Positions 51,309-63,004 of a DNA stretch of 64,000 nt are shown piece by piece. The stretch's first letter is position 1. Every line of letters starts with the position of its first letter. Source of the stretch: Neisseriales bacterium. GTDB taxonomy: Bacteria > Pseudomonadota > Gammaproteobacteria > Burkholderiales > Q3-R57-64. The stretch lies in the NCBI GenBank assembly GCA_016699915.1, contig CP064990.1, positions 256,671 through 320,670 on the forward strand, given 5' to 3'. The position numbers and the translations under genes are program-made. The notes beneath the pieces are model-generated. The model was not told the origin of the DNA, did not search any database, and saw only the letters and a program-made list of their open reading frames with translations.

Positions 51309-52094
51309 ATGTCTATTAATCTAGCAAGACGTTTTGGTGGTATTGCCAAACTATATGGCGAAGAGTGTTTGGCACAATTTGCTCAGTCCCATGTATGCGT
51401 CGTTGGTGTAGGAGGTGTTGGCTCTTGGACAGTTGAAGCGCTTGTCCGTAGTGGAATTGGCGCGATTACCATCATTGATTTGGATAATGTCAGTTAGTCG
51501 AACTGTAATCGACAGCTTTCTGCATTAGACCCGCATTTTGGCAGGGCTAAAGTAGCGGTCATCACAGAACGTATGCACGCTATTAATCCACACTGTCGTA
51601 TCAATGCTATTGAAGAATTTATTAATGCGGATAACTTATCTGAATTGCTCAATGAGCGCTTTGATTACCTCATGGATGCGATAGATCACACTGCTACTAA
51701 GGCCGTTTTAGCTACTTGGTGTATTCAACAAAAACTCCCTTTCATTGTATGTGGCGGAGCGGGCGGAAAAATTCAGCCACAGTGTGTTAAAGTCAGTGAT
51801 TTAAGTGCTGTGCAGGGCGATCGTCTATTGGCAAACTTGCGCTATACCCTCAGGAAATATTATGGATTCAGTCAACCGATCAAGCAACCATTCAATGTAC
51901 TTTGCGTTTACTCAGATGAACCTGAGCGCCATCCATTACAACGTACATCCAATAAGGCTTTAAGTGGTTTATCTTGCTCAGGATATGGTTCCAGCATGGC
52001 TGTTACAGCTACTTTTGGTTTAATTGCTGCGGCGACTGTGATTAATACTTTAGCTGGCTATACATCGCACATAATAGCTCGGCAACACGCATGA
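51309..52094 (+). pseudogene. tcdA: tRNA threonylcarbamoyladenosine dehydratase (TcdA/CsdL, ThiF/E1-like) interrupted by one in-frame TAG at 51495-51497
   Basis: Track ORFs 51309..51497 and 51573..52094 are in the same frame. The joined translation 'VGVGGVGSW...GIGAITIIDLDNVS*SNCNRQ...INP' is collinear with E. coli TcdA 'VGIGGVGSW...GIGAITLIDMDDVCVTNTNRQ'. The stop falls on a sense position inside the conserved D-x-V-x-x-(S/T)-N-x-N-R-Q block. Confidence 0.75.
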
Positions 52095-52104
52095 GGAATC
52101 AACC

Positions 52105-53166
52105 ATGACAATTAAAACTGATATGTTACAAACCAATAGCCCAATGCCTCTTATGGCGAAAGTTACTTTATCTTCACAGGAAGAAGCTTTAGAAAAAGCG
52201 CTACGCCCAAAACAATTTAATGAATATATTGGCCAAACAAAAATTCGAGAGCAGCTTGAAATATTTATTACTGCCGCTAAAAATCGTGGTGAAGCATTAG
52301 ATCATGTATTGTTATTTGGACCACCTGGCTTAGGAAAAACCACTTTAGCGCATGTTATCGCACATGAACTAGGAGTGGGATTTCGCCACACATCAGGACC
52401 TGTCTTGGAAAAAGCTGGTGATCTGGCAGCATTACTGACTAATTTAGAAGCACATGACGTGCTATTTATTGATGAAATACATCGATTACCCGCTTGCGTT
52501 GAGGAAATTTTGTATCCAGCACTTGAAGATTATCAGTTGGATATTATTATTGGCGAGGGGCCTGCGGCGCGCTCTGTTAAAATTGATTTACCTCCTTTTA
52601 CACTTATTGGTGCTACCACCAGAGCTGGCATGCTTACTAATCCATTAAGAGAAAGATTTGGCATTGTTTTTAGGTTAGAATTTTATGCAGAAGATGAGTT
52701 ATCACGCATCGCAACACGATCTGCCAAACTGCTCGCTACGCAACTGGACAAACAAGGTGCTACGGAAATTGCAAAACGATCACGAGGCACCCCTCGCATT
52801 GTTAACCGCTTACTGAAAAGAGTGCGTGATTATGCCCAAGTCCGCGCTGATGGCATTATTACATCAAAAGTAGCCCATGCAGCACTTGCTTTACTTGAGG
52901 TCGATGAAGCCGGGCTAGACATTATGGATCGCAAGTTATTGCAGTCCATCATTGAGAAATTTGAAGGCGGACCTGTCGGGTTGGATAGCCTGGCCTCTGC
53001 TATTGGAGAAACCAGTAATACCATAGAAGATGTCATTGAGCCGTATTTAGTACAGCAAGGCTATCTGCAGCGTACTTCAAGAGGTAGACTTGCTACAGCC
53101 CGCGCTTATCAACATTTTGATTTACAAACTACAAATACAGCAACAACTGAGGATTTATTTGGCTAG
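52105..53166 (+). CDS. ruvB: Holliday junction branch migration helicase RuvB
   Basis: '[14 protein letters not shown]', 'LFIDEIHRL' and '[18 protein letters not shown]'. Confidence 0.97.
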   Translation: MTIKTDMLQTNSPMPLMAKVTLSSQEEALEKALRPKQFNEYIGQTKIREQLEIFITAAKNRGEALDHVLLFGPPGLGKTTLAHVIAHELGVGFRHTSGPVLEKAGDLAALLTNLEAHDVLFIDEIHRLPACVEEILYPALEDYQLDIIIGEGPAARSVKIDLPPFTLIGATTRAGMLTNPLRERFGIVFRLEFYAEDELSRIATRSAKLLATQLDKQGATEIAKRSRGTPRIVNRLLKRVRDYAQVRADGIITSKVAHAALALLEVDEAGLDIMDRKLLQSIIEKFEGGPVGLDSLASAIGETSNTIEDVIEPYLVQQGYLQRTSRGRLATARAYQHFDLQTTNTATTEDLFG

Positions 53167-53189
53167 CAGTGATTGGGCTTGTTATAAAT

Positions 53190-54251
53190 CTATTGGTATC
53201 GAGTTGCCATCATACTAAGACTTATGGGTTTAATATAGCTTGCCTGACCTGCTGTACCGAATGCTTCATAGCGCCCAATACACAGGTTACGCATCGCTTC
53301 TTTAGATGGACCAAGATATTTTCTTGGATCAAACTCTTCGGGATGACAAGATAAAAAACGGCGAATGGTGCCTGTACTTGCCAACCTAAGATCTGTATCA
53401 ATATTCACCTTTCTCACACCGTGCTGGATACCACGCACAATCTCTTCAACTGGTACACCATAAGTGTCGGGTATATTCCCACCAAATTCATTAATAGTTG
53501 CTAGCCATTCTTGGGGGACAGAACTAGACCCATGCATGACAAGATGTGTATTCGGAATTTTTTGGTGAATCTGTTTGATCAAATCAATTTTTAATACTTC
53601 TTGGGTAGGTTTTTGCGTAAATTTATAAGCACCGTGACTTGTACCAATAGCAATGGCCAAAGCATCCACGCCCGTAGCCTGTACAAAATCTGCCGCTTCA
53701 TCCGGATCAGTAAGTAACTGGTGATAGTTGAGCGATCCGCTAGCTCCTATGCCATCCTCTTCGGTAGCGCAACCTGTCTCTAAAGATCCTAAGCAACCAA
53801 TCTCGCCTTCCACTGATACACCACGAGCATGCGCAAAATTCACCACCTGACGGGTTACTTCAACATTATATGTATAATCAGCAACAGTTTTACCGTCAGC
53901 TTTCAATGATCCATCCATCATCACTGAACTAAAACCATGTTGAATGGCCTGCTCACATATTTGGAAACTGGTGCCATGGTCTTGGTGCATGACTACTGGG
54001 ATATGTGGAAATGTTTCGATCGCAGCTAAAATGAGATGTTTTAAAAAAAGATCTCCTGCATATTTTCGAGCGCCTGCCGATGCCTGTAGAATAACTGGCG
54101 CATCGGTCGCATCAGCCGCTTCCATAATCGCCTGTATTTGCTCGAGATTATTAACATTAAACGCAGGCACTCCATAGCCTTTTTCCGCTGCATGGTCTAA
54201 AAGCTGTCTTAAAGATATCAATGCCATGAAGTCCTCCGAATACACTGCCAA
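53190..54251 (-). CDS. fba: class II fructose-bisphosphate aldolase (354-aa Calvin-cycle/FbaA subtype)
   Basis: 'VMHQDHG', 'TSHGAYKF' and '[10 protein letters not shown]'. Confidence 0.93.
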   Translation of the reverse strand: MAVYSEDFMALISLRQLLDHAAEKGYGVPAFNVNNLEQIQAIMEAADATDAPVILQASAGARKYAGDLFLKHLILAAIETFPHIPVVMHQDHGTSFQICEQAIQHGFSSVMMDGSLKADGKTVADYTYNVEVTRQVVNFAHARGVSVEGEIGCLGSLETGCATEEDGIGASGSLNYHQLLTDPDEAADFVQATGVDALAIAIGTSHGAYKFTQKPTQEVLKIDLIKQIHQKIPNTHLVMHGSSSVPQEWLATINEFGGNIPDTYGVPVEEIVRGIQHGVRKVNIDTDLRLASTGTIRRFLSCHPEEFDPRKYLGPSKEAMRNLCIGRYEAFGTAGQASYIKPISLSMMATRYQ

Positions 54252-54273
54252 TTAATAAAATTCAAAATAGTCA

Positions 54274-55458
54274 TTAATCATTAAACCGAGCTGATAATAT
54301 CGCAATAGCAGGTAGCGTTTTACCCTCTAAAAATGCTAAAAATGCACCGCCACCTGTTGAAAGGTAACTCATTTTATCAGCCACCTTAAACTGGGTAACA
54401 GCAGCAATTGTTTCTCCTCCCCCGGCAATAGAAAAAGCATCGGATGCCCCAATTGCTTCTGCCAAAGCTCGAGTACCGTGACTAAATGGTGCGATTTCAA
54501 ATACACCAATAGGACCATTCCACACAATCATTTTAGCTTGCCTAATCAATTGAAGTAACAACGCTATGCTACGCGAACCAAAATCAACGATTTTATCTTC
54601 TGGCAAGATATCAGCAATATTTTTAAGCACTGCCGTTGCATCAGCCGATATATTTTTCGTGACGATAACATCGCTCGGAAGCGGAACCAATCCATGGCGA
54701 CGCTGCATATTATCCATAATACTTTTTGCTTCATTTAGATAAGCTGATTCGGCCAATGATGCGCCAATATCATAACCTGACGCCAATAAAAAAGTATTGG
54801 CAATACTGCCTCCAACCACCAATTGATCAACTTTGTCAGCCAATGCGTTGAGAATAGATAGTTTCGTTGATATTTTAGCGCCTGCCACAATTGCCAAAAG
54901 CGGGTGTGCAGGCTTTGATAAAGCAAGGCTCAGCGTGGCTATCTCTTGATGTAATAAAAAACCTGCGCAGGCAACAGGCGCAAATTTTGCCACCCCATAT
55001 GTTGATGCTTCAATACGGTGTGCAGTACCGAAAGCATCGTGAACAAATACATCGCATAGCTTGGCATAGCGTTGACTTAGATCTGGATCATTCTCTTTTT
55101 CACCTATATTCAAGCGCACATTCTCCAGCATGACAACGCTGTTAGGTGCAAGCTGGATAGCTTCGGACCATTGCTGAATGATAGCAACAGGTCGCTGTAA
55201 AAGTTCACTGAGACGCTTAGCAATCGGTAATATGCTGTCTTTTGTCTTGGGTGAGCCCTCAATGGGACGCCCTAAATGGGTCATGATAATGACAGCAGAG
55301 GCATTTTGTTGTAAACAATATTGTATAGAAGGTAGGGAAGCACGAATACGGGTATCGTCACTAATGGCACCGTTGTCTTGCAATGGCACATTCATATCAA
55401 CACGAATCAAAACCCGTTTGCCTGCCACATTGAGTTTTGCTAATTGCAGATAAGGCAT
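54274..55458 (-). CDS. pgk: phosphoglycerate kinase
   Basis: 'RVDMNVP' and 'YLSTGGGAFLAFLEG'. Confidence 0.96.
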   Translation of the reverse strand: MPYLQLAKLNVAGKRVLIRVDMNVPLQDNGAISDDTRIRASLPSIQYCLQQNASAVIIMTHLGRPIEGSPKTKDSILPIAKRLSELLQRPVAIIQQWSEAIQLAPNSVVMLENVRLNIGEKENDPDLSQRYAKLCDVFVHDAFGTAHRIEASTYGVAKFAPVACAGFLLHQEIATLSLALSKPAHPLLAIVAGAKISTKLSILNALADKVDQLVVGGSIANTFLLASGYDIGASLAESAYLNEAKSIMDNMQRRHGLVPLPSDVIVTKNISADATAVLKNIADILPEDKIVDFGSRSIALLLQLIRQAKMIVWNGPIGVFEIAPFSHGTRALAEAIGASDAFSIAGGGETIAAVTQFKVADKMSYLSTGGGAFLAFLEGKTLPAIAILSARFND

Positions 55459-55493
55459 ATTGTTACCTTTGCAACCAAAAGATAGTTTGTTAG

Positions 55494-56504
55494 TTACACC
55501 GCAAACATCGCTTGTGCAGTATTAAGCATCTGGCAACAAAATCCCCATTCATTGTCATACCACAATAATACTTTCACAAGATTGCCACCCAAAACTTTGG
55601 TAAGGGTTGCATCAAAATGTCCCGCTTCTTTAGTATGGTTAAAATCACTCGAAACAAGTGGTAAATGATTATAGCCTAGTATTTTTTTTAGGGTGCCTTC
55701 TGCGGCTGATTGAGCAATCGCATTGACTTCTTCAACCGTAGTTACGCGTAAAGTTTCAAATGTAAAATCAACCAGCGAAACATTAATGGTGGGGATGCGC
55801 ACCGCAAAACCATCTAATTTACCAACCATTTCAGGCAACACCAATCCCACTGCTTTTGCAGCACCTGTTTTAGTGGGGATCATATTTTCCACTGCAGATC
55901 GTGCTCGACGCAGGTCTTTGTGACGTATATCGGTTAATGTTTGATCATTCGTAAAAGCATGAATCGTTGTCATCAACCCTTTGGCAATACCAAGCTGATC
56001 ATGAAAAATTTTAACAGCAGGCGCTAAACAGTTTGTGGTACAACTTGCATTGGATACCACACACATTGCTGGTGTTAATATAGTGTGATTGACGCCATAG
56101 ACAATGGTCGCATCAACATCCGCATCGCCTGGCGCGGAAATTAAAACTTTTTTTGCGCCGCTGTCAAGATGAACAGATGCTTTGGCTTTGCTGGTTAAAG
56201 AGCCAGTACATTCCAGCACTAAATCAACACCGAGTTGTGCCCAGGGTAATGTTGTGATGTCTCGCGTTGAAAAAAATGGAATGGCATCACTATTAACCAC
56301 TAATTGGTTATCAACATAACTAACTTTTTCAGCAAAGCGCCCATGTACCGTATCAAATTGCGTTAGGTGTGCATTAACCTCTAAGCTACCTGATCCGTTA
56401 ATCGCAATGACATGAAATTGTTTTTGCAACTTGTACTCATAAATTGCTCGCAGAATCTGGCGACCAATTCGGCCATAGCCATTAATTGCAACACGAATCG
56501 CCAT
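55494..56504 (-). CDS. gap: glyceraldehyde-3-phosphate dehydrogenase
   Basis: 'INGYGRIGR' and the active site '[12 protein letters not shown]'. Confidence 0.96.
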   Translation of the reverse strand: MAIRVAINGYGRIGRQILRAIYEYKLQKQFHVIAINGSGSLEVNAHLTQFDTVHGRFAEKVSYVDNQLVVNSDAIPFFSTRDITTLPWAQLGVDLVLECTGSLTSKAKASVHLDSGAKKVLISAPGDADVDATIVYGVNHTILTPAMCVVSNASCTTNCLAPAVKIFHDQLGIAKGLMTTIHAFTNDQTLTDIRHKDLRRARSAVENMIPTKTGAAKAVGLVLPEMVGKLDGFAVRIPTINVSLVDFTFETLRVTTVEEVNAIAQSAAEGTLKKILGYNHLPLVSSDFNHTKEAGHFDATLTKVLGGNLVKVLLWYDNEWGFCCQMLNTAQAMFAV

Positions 56505-56550
56505 GTTAACTCCTGTTAGCGGTGAATGATTAAAACCTTCAACAATCCTA

Positions 56551-58539
56551 TCAAATAATATCGCGCACAGCTTTTACAATATGCACAACATCCAATGCAA
56601 ATTCTTTGAATAATTCAGGTGCTTTGCCTGATTCACCAAAAGATCCAATACCAATAACCGCTCCTTTTAGCCCCACATACTTTCTCCAAAAATCTGGGTG
56701 ACCTGCTTCAATGGCGACGCAGGGTAAATGAGTAGGCAATACAGATTCTCTATAGATTGGATCTTGCTGGTCAAATATCGTAGTTGATGGCATCGAAACA
56801 ACCCGTACAGCAATGCCCATGTTAGCCAGTTCAATTTTTGCCGATAGAGCCAACTGCACTTCAGATCCCGTTGCAATCAATACCGCTTGCAACTGATTGG
56901 CATCACTTAGAATGTAACCACCTTGTCGAATCAATTGAATTCGTTCTGGCAAGCTGTCAATAAAAGGGAGATTTTGCCGGCTAAATATCAAGCAACTAGG
57001 CTGATCACGTTGACTCAACGCTTCAATCCAAGCAACCATCGACTCAAGCGTGTCACAAGGTCGCCAAACAACCATATTAGGAATATAACGCAAGGTAGCA
57101 ATTTGCTCAATCGGTTGGTGAGTGGGTCCGTCTTCACCTAAACCAATCGAATCATGCGTTAGCACAAATATTGGATTAATTTTCATTAAAGCAGCCATAC
57201 GTAGAGCATTGCGTGCATATTCGCTGAACATTAAAAATGTGCCACCAAATGGCTTAAATCCACCATGCAAAGCAATCCCATTAATGATGGCAGCCATACC
57301 GAACTCTCGTACACCATAATGAATATAATTACCGCTGGGTTGTGTAGCATTTAACACCACTGCCTCTTTCCATTTGGTCAAATTAGATTCGGTCAAATCG
57401 GCTGATCCCCCTAGTAATTCAGGGAGTTTTTCGGATAAAAAAGTGATAGCATGTTGAGAAGATTTACGGGTTGGTAGTGTTTGTGCATCCCGACAAACTT
57501 GATGCAATTTTTCGTTCGCATCATTTAACCAGTAATCGGGTAATTGATCCGTTATTCTTCGTTTAAATTCTTTCGCAAGCACGGGATATATATTGTCGTA
57601 TTCAGTAAAATTAACACACCAATCGTTTTCATGTTTTTTGCCCAATTGACGTGCATCCCACATATTGTAAATCTCATCAGGAATCACAAAGGGTGGATAA
57701 GACCATCCTAAGTTCAAGCGCGTATTGTTGACCTCTTCTTGCCCAAGCGGAGCGCCGTGGACATAGCAAGAACCAGCCTTGTTTGGCGAGCCATAACCAA
57801 TCGTTGTTTTGCAACAAATTAGTGTAGGGCGCTTGGTTTCTTTTTTGGCTTGTTTGATAGCATGATTAATTTGAAGAGGGTCATGACCATCTACACTACG
57901 AATGACTTGCCAATGATAGGCTTCAAAGCGTTTGGCGGTATCTTCATTAAACCAACCAACAACTGGTCCATCAATAGAAATACCATTGTCATCCCAAAAA
58001 ACCACTAATTTATTTAATTCAAGCGTACCAGCTAACGAACATACTTCGTGGCTAATACCTTCCATGAGGCAGCCGTCTCCTGCAAATACCCAAGTATAAT
58101 GATCGACAATAGGATAATTGGGTCGGTTAAATTCGGCGGCCAATCGTTTTTCAGCCAGTGCCATTCCAACTGCATTAGCAATTCCCTGACCTAATGGTCC
58201 TGTCGTTGTTTCAACGCCAGGCGTTACCCTATACTCAGGATGACCCGGTGTTTTAGAGTGAAGCTGTCGGAAATGTTTAATATCGTCAATAGAAACGTCA
58301 TAACCCGTCAAATGCAGCAAGCTATAAAGCAACATCGAACCGTGACCATTTGAAAGAATAAAGCGGTCTCGATTACACCATTGAGGATTTGATGGGTTAT
58401 GTTTTAAAAAAAGGCGCCACAATACTTCAGCAATATCAGCCATACCCATTGGCATTCCTGGATGACCTGAATTCGCTTTTTCCACAGCATCTATTGAAAG
58501 AAATCGAATTGCATTGGCTAAATCATCCCGCGTGACCAT
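56551..58539 (-). CDS. tkt: transketolase
   Basis: '[11 protein letters not shown]', '[12 protein letters not shown]' and '[18 protein letters not shown]'. 662 aa. Confidence 0.97.
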   Translation of the reverse strand: MVTRDDLANAIRFLSIDAVEKANSGHPGMPMGMADIAEVLWRLFLKHNPSNPQWCNRDRFILSNGHGSMLLYSLLHLTGYDVSIDDIKHFRQLHSKTPGHPEYRVTPGVETTTGPLGQGIANAVGMALAEKRLAAEFNRPNYPIVDHYTWVFAGDGCLMEGISHEVCSLAGTLELNKLVVFWDDNGISIDGPVVGWFNEDTAKRFEAYHWQVIRSVDGHDPLQINHAIKQAKKETKRPTLICCKTTIGYGSPNKAGSCYVHGAPLGQEEVNNTRLNLGWSYPPFVIPDEIYNMWDARQLGKKHENDWCVNFTEYDNIYPVLAKEFKRRITDQLPDYWLNDANEKLHQVCRDAQTLPTRKSSQHAITFLSEKLPELLGGSADLTESNLTKWKEAVVLNATQPSGNYIHYGVREFGMAAIINGIALHGGFKPFGGTFLMFSEYARNALRMAALMKINPIFVLTHDSIGLGEDGPTHQPIEQIATLRYIPNMVVWRPCDTLESMVAWIEALSQRDQPSCLIFSRQNLPFIDSLPERIQLIRQGGYILSDANQLQAVLIATGSEVQLALSAKIELANMGIAVRVVSMPSTTIFDQQDPIYRESVLPTHLPCVAIEAGHPDFWRKYVGLKGAVIGIGSFGESGKAPELFKEFALDVVHIVKAVRDII

Positions 58540-58874
58540 TGCACAACCTTCATAAATAATTGTGATGTGAGCATTGTTGGCATCTTATCAAATTTCGCTG
58601 CAATTGCTAATGAATTCCCATAGCTTTTATCAATAAATTTTTTAGCAAAATAGATGTTGGGGTATCGTGCGATAATAGTGTGGTTAGCAACTTATGAAGC
58701 TAACTTAAATTAAGAAGGCTCCAATTATCTTCATTTAAGATGATATCTCTCGCTCTTGTTTTAGGATAAGACTGGTAAAATTTGACTACACATTTTAGTA
58801 AACACTGCAATAATTTTCTTGGCAGCGTACAATCACCCTTTTTAAAAAACCGCACACTGAAAATTTAAGTATTC

Positions 58875-61256
58875 ATGTTTAAAAAGATTCTTGCAATGTT
58901 GTCGGGGTTGATGTTTGGCGCCGGTCTACTTTTTGCTGGCTGCTTAACCATTGCCATCCTCATTGTTTACCCGCAACTGCCAGACCTTCATGTTTTGACA
59001 GAATACCAACCTAAAATCCCCCTTCAAATTTTCTCTGAAGATAATCAGCTTATTGGGGAATTTGGCGAAGAGCACCGTTCATTTGTCAACATTCAAACTG
59101 TGCCCAGTATGATGAAAAACGCTATCCTCGCCGCAGAGGATGAGCGTTTTTATCAGCATAATGGTATTGATTATATTGGTATATTGCGCGCACTATTTAG
59201 CAATATCATGCTCGGACATACACATTCTGGTGCCAGTACAATTACGATGCAGGTAGCAAGAAACTTTTTTTTATCTCGAGAAAAAACGTTCATTCGTAAA
59301 TTTCATGAAGTGTTACTTGCTTTTAAAATAGAGCGATCCTTAACTAAAAACCAGATTTTAGAGCTGTATATCAACCAGATCTATTTGGGTCACCGTGCCT
59401 ATGGCTTTTCAGCAGCAGCACGCACCTATTTTGGCAAACCATTGGATGCTTTAAGCGTAGCACAAATGGCTATGTTAGCGGGTTTACCAAAGGCACCATC
59501 GTTATACAATCCGATTACGAGCATGAAACGCGCTAAGCAACGCCAGCATTATGTTTTAGACCGTATGTATGAACTTGATTTCATTGATGAAATCACCTAT
59601 CAAGCAGCACTCAAAGAGGATGTTAAGCCAATCCGATCTCCCGAAAATACCTTATTACCAGGACAGTATATTGCCGAGATGGTTCGCCAAATCATGTATG
59701 ATTATTACGGGGAGAATGCTTACACAAAAGGATATCGTGTTTACACAACAATTAATAGCAAACATCAAAAATGGGCATTTGATGCGCTGCGAAATGGTTT
59801 GATGAATTTTGATCATCATTTTCCTTACCGAGGCCCTATTTCGCATATTGAATTATCTGCTTTAAGCGGTAGCAAGGAAGATCAAGAGGCATTTTTGGAT
59901 CAGCAATTATCACAGTGGCTGGATGATGGTGATTTGCAACCTGGCGTGGTGTTGAGTGTTCGCCCTTCGTTAGTCAGCGTTTATTTACAAGGAGGTCAAG
60001 TTGTTAAAGTGTATGGTAAAGGACTAGCCTATGCACATTCAGCAATTGGTACCAAGGTATCTGCACAACGACGTATTTGTAGCGGTTCGGTTATATATTT
60101 GCGACCTCATCCAGGTGGTTATTGGGAAATTACACAAATGCCAGAAGTCGAAGGTGCTTTTGTATCTATGGATACAAAAAGCGGTGCGATCAAGGCTTTG
60201 ATAGGTGGGTTTAATTTCTTCCGACGTAATTTTAATCATGTCACCCAAGCTTGGCGTCAACCCGGCTCAATTTTCAAACCCTTTATCTATTCTGCTGCTA
60301 TCGAAAAAGGTATGACGGTTTCCACGCAAGTTAACGATGCCCCACTATCTATTCCCAAAGCCATGTCTGATGGCTCAGCATGGGAGCCCAACAATTCAGA
60401 TGGACGGTTTGGTGGTCTCATGACGCTGCAAGATGGGCTGACACGTTCTCGAAACTTGGTATCAGTACGCGTACTGATGGCTATTGGGCTAGATTATAGC
60501 CGTCAATACATTCAGCGCTTTGGTTTTGATTTGCAACATCATCCTGCTTCATTATCTATCGCGCTAGGTGCCGGGTCAGTGACCCCATTACAAATGGCTG
60601 AAGCTTATGTAGTATTTGCTAACGGTGGATATCGTGTTAAAAACTATTTTATTGAACGCATAGAAGACGCAAAAGGCCAGATCTTACTACAAAGAACGCC
60701 AGAAGGAGCTGTGCGAACTGTTGATGCTAGGAATGCTTACATCATGACGCATATGTTAAGTGATGTCATGCGACATGGAACGGCAGCTAGTGCCATGAGT
60801 CTTGGTCGTCGAGATTTAGGTGGCAAAACTGGAACCACCAATGATTTTAAAGATTCTTGGTTTGCTGGATTTAATCCTGACCTTGTTGCTGTGGCTTGGG
60901 TGGGTTATGACCAACCAAGAAGTTTAGGCAGGCTTGGATTTGGTGGTATTGCTGCTTTACCCATCTGGATTCGCTATATGTCTGATGCACTTAAAGGCCA
61001 GCCAAATCGAGCCTTACCAAAACCATTGGGCATAGTTACAAAAGGCGATGGTTTTTATTATCAAGAGTATCAACAAACTAACCCTAAACTGCATATTGAT
61101 AATAGGGGAGTCGTGCCAGAAGAAAAGCTCGAGCTTGATCATACAACCGATGCTCTCAATGAGTTGTTAAACAATCTTAACCTAGCGCCCGAGTTACCAG
61201 CATCAAGCTTGGCTGAAGAAATTATACCTAATACTATTGAGCCACCGCCACAATAG
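58875..61256 (+). CDS. mrcA: penicillin-binding protein 1A (bifunctional glycosyltransferase/transpeptidase)
   Basis: GT51 'AAEDERFYQHNGID', 'GASTITMQ', SxxK 'GSIFKP', 'SRN' and 'KTGTT'. 793 aa. Confidence 0.95.
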   Translation: MFKKILAMLSGLMFGAGLLFAGCLTIAILIVYPQLPDLHVLTEYQPKIPLQIFSEDNQLIGEFGEEHRSFVNIQTVPSMMKNAILAAEDERFYQHNGIDYIGILRALFSNIMLGHTHSGASTITMQVARNFFLSREKTFIRKFHEVLLAFKIERSLTKNQILELYINQIYLGHRAYGFSAAARTYFGKPLDALSVAQMAMLAGLPKAPSLYNPITSMKRAKQRQHYVLDRMYELDFIDEITYQAALKEDVKPIRSPENTLLPGQYIAEMVRQIMYDYYGENAYTKGYRVYTTINSKHQKWAFDALRNGLMNFDHHFPYRGPISHIELSALSGSKEDQEAFLDQQLSQWLDDGDLQPGVVLSVRPSLVSVYLQGGQVVKVYGKGLAYAHSAIGTKVSAQRRICSGSVIYLRPHPGGYWEITQMPEVEGAFVSMDTKSGAIKALIGGFNFFRRNFNHVTQAWRQPGSIFKPFIYSAAIEKGMTVSTQVNDAPLSIPKAMSDGSAWEPNNSDGRFGGLMTLQDGLTRSRNLVSVRVLMAIGLDYSRQYIQRFGFDLQHHPASLSIALGAGSVTPLQMAEAYVVFANGGYRVKNYFIERIEDAKGQILLQRTPEGAVRTVDARNAYIMTHMLSDVMRHGTAASAMSLGRRDLGGKTGTTNDFKDSWFAGFNPDLVAVAWVGYDQPRSLGRLGFGGIAALPIWIRYMSDALKGQPNRALPKPLGIVTKGDGFYYQEYQQTNPKLHIDNRGVVPEEKLELDHTTDALNELLNNLNLAPELPASSLAEEIIPNTIEPPPQ

Positions 61257-61262
61257 ATGCCA

Positions 61263-62174
61263 TTACAAATCATGCAATATTTCGCGCATCCATTGTGGCA
61301 CGACTGCAAGGAGGCGACCCATCCAATCTGGCAGCTTGATGCCAAAAGTAGAGTTGAATAAGGTTGTTGCCAATTCAACTGTATGGGGACGCTTTGCACG
61401 CTGCGGTTGTATTGAGGTTGATAGCGGATAAAGATGACCTAACACATAGCCTTGCGTATCATGATGTTTGGCAATATTCAGTACCTTTTGTGCATAATCA
61501 AACCGGCTCGTTTTGCCTTGTGACGATAAGTGGTAAAGACCATAAGGAAATAAAGATGGCTCTTGCGTTTGAATATACTGTTTGAGTACCTGGCAGGTTG
61601 CTATAGCCACATCAATCGTTGCAGTGGGTACCCCAAATTCATCGTCAACAGCATATATCGCTTGATTAAGATACGCAGATTGTAAAATTATCTTAGGAAA
61701 ACTCCTGCCTTGAGAATCAAATAACCAACTGGTGCGAAAAATAAGATAGCGATCGGTGTAAATGGATACTAGTTTTTCACCCGCAAGCTTACTTTTTCCG
61801 TAGACAGATAATGGATGCGTCCTATCTGTTTCAAGGTAAGGGGTGAGTTGCTGCCCATCAAACACATAGTCTGTCGAATAATGTACAAAAAGAGCACCAT
61901 AATGCGTAGCCAACTGAGCCAGCACGCCAACGGCCTCTGCATTAGTCCAATGCGCCAAAGCAGCATCCGATTCAGCTTGATCCACATTCGTATAGGCTGC
62001 TGCGTTGATGATAATATGAGGTTGTATGCGACGCATGAGACAGCGCAATGCATGGCTATCCGTAATATCACATGTGATGCGATCTATTGCTGTAACTTGA
62101 CCTAATAAATCCAAGTAACAACAGAGCCTCTGACCGAGCCTACCATTTTTACCGAATAAGATAATACGCGTCAT
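61263..62174 (-). CDS. rfbD: dTDP-4-dehydrorhamnose reductase (RmlD-type SDR)
   Basis: 303 aa. N-terminal Rossmann 'ILFGKNGRLG', 'IINAAAYTNVDQAE', 'HYSTDYVFDG' and 'YGKSKLAGE' (YxxxK). Confidence 0.75.
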   Translation of the reverse strand: MTRIILFGKNGRLGQRLCCYLDLLGQVTAIDRITCDITDSHALRCLMRRIQPHIIINAAAYTNVDQAESDAALAHWTNAEAVGVLAQLATHYGALFVHYSTDYVFDGQQLTPYLETDRTHPLSVYGKSKLAGEKLVSIYTDRYLIFRTSWLFDSQGRSFPKIILQSAYLNQAIYAVDDEFGVPTATIDVAIATCQVLKQYIQTQEPSLFPYGLYHLSSQGKTSRFDYAQKVLNIAKHHDTQGYVLGHLYPLSTSIQPQRAKRPHTVELATTLFNSTFGIKLPDWMGRLLAVVPQWMREILHDL

Positions 62175-62197
62175 ACCAATTGGTTGCTTTCCTTATC

Positions 62198-62962
62198 CTA
62201 TTGCGCAGGATAACGAGTGACTGTTTCACTTTTCAATCCGGTAATACAATAATCTCCCCATAGTGCCTGTAAAGCCGACACGGCAGATAATGCTGCAGTT
62301 TCAGTGCGTAGTACGCGAGGACCCAAGCGAACGGCTAACCAGCCATTTTGAATAGCCAATTGTTGCTCTTGCGGATCTAAGCCTCCTTCCGGGCCTACCA
62401 TCATCCAAATTTTACTAGGACGCTCATCAGATGGCATAGTGGTTGCATCTGGCGATAGGAGCCATTTAGTGGATACATCACTTCTTAACCTGTTTACCCA
62501 TGATGAAAAGGACTGCACAGGATAGATTGTTGGAATAATATTTCGGCCACATTGCTCACAGGCGGCAATGATAATCGCTTGCCATCTTGCTAATTTTGCC
62601 ACCAAATCTTGTTGTGACTGTTTACCTATAGAGCGCTTCATGAGGAGTGGCTGAAATGCACATACACCCATTTCTACCCCTTTTTGCAGTGTAAAAACCA
62701 TACTCTCTGAGCAAGAAATCCCTTGCGCCAAACCAATCCACAAGGGACATTCACGATCAATATGCTGTGGCGCACCAACCTGTGCCCAGGCTGTTTGGCG
62801 TGTTATATTTTCAAGCGTAGCGGGGTATTCGTAGCCATCTCCGCAAAATAGCGCTAATGTTTGACCAGCTTTTAAGCGTAACACATGGATATGGCGAACA
62901 ACCGATTCAGGCAGTTGCCACTTTCCAATGCGAGGCGAGGTTGCAACATAGAACCTAGGCAT
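62198..62962 (-). CDS. rsmE: 16S rRNA (uracil1498-N3)-methyltransferase
   Basis: 'RHIHVLRLKAG' (PUA-like N-terminus) and 'MMVGPEGGLDPQE'. 254 aa. Confidence 0.88.
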   Translation of the reverse strand: MPRFYVATSPRIGKWQLPESVVRHIHVLRLKAGQTLALFCGDGYEYPATLENITRQTAWAQVGAPQHIDRECPLWIGLAQGISCSESMVFTLQKGVEMGVCAFQPLLMKRSIGKQSQQDLVAKLARWQAIIIAACEQCGRNIIPTIYPVQSFSSWVNRLRSDVSTKWLLSPDATTMPSDERPSKIWMMVGPEGGLDPQEQQLAIQNGWLAVRLGPRVLRTETAALSAVSALQALWGDYCITGLKSETVTRYPAQ

Positions 62963-63004
62963 GATAGGTTAAGTTAAAAGCTAAGCAGATTTAACAGTCT
63001 TTAT

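Noticed and set aside
51309-52094. Treating 51309..51497 and 51573..52094 as two separate small genes.
   Set aside because: They share one frame, are separated by a single TAG plus 25 sense codons, and are jointly collinear with full-length TcdA.
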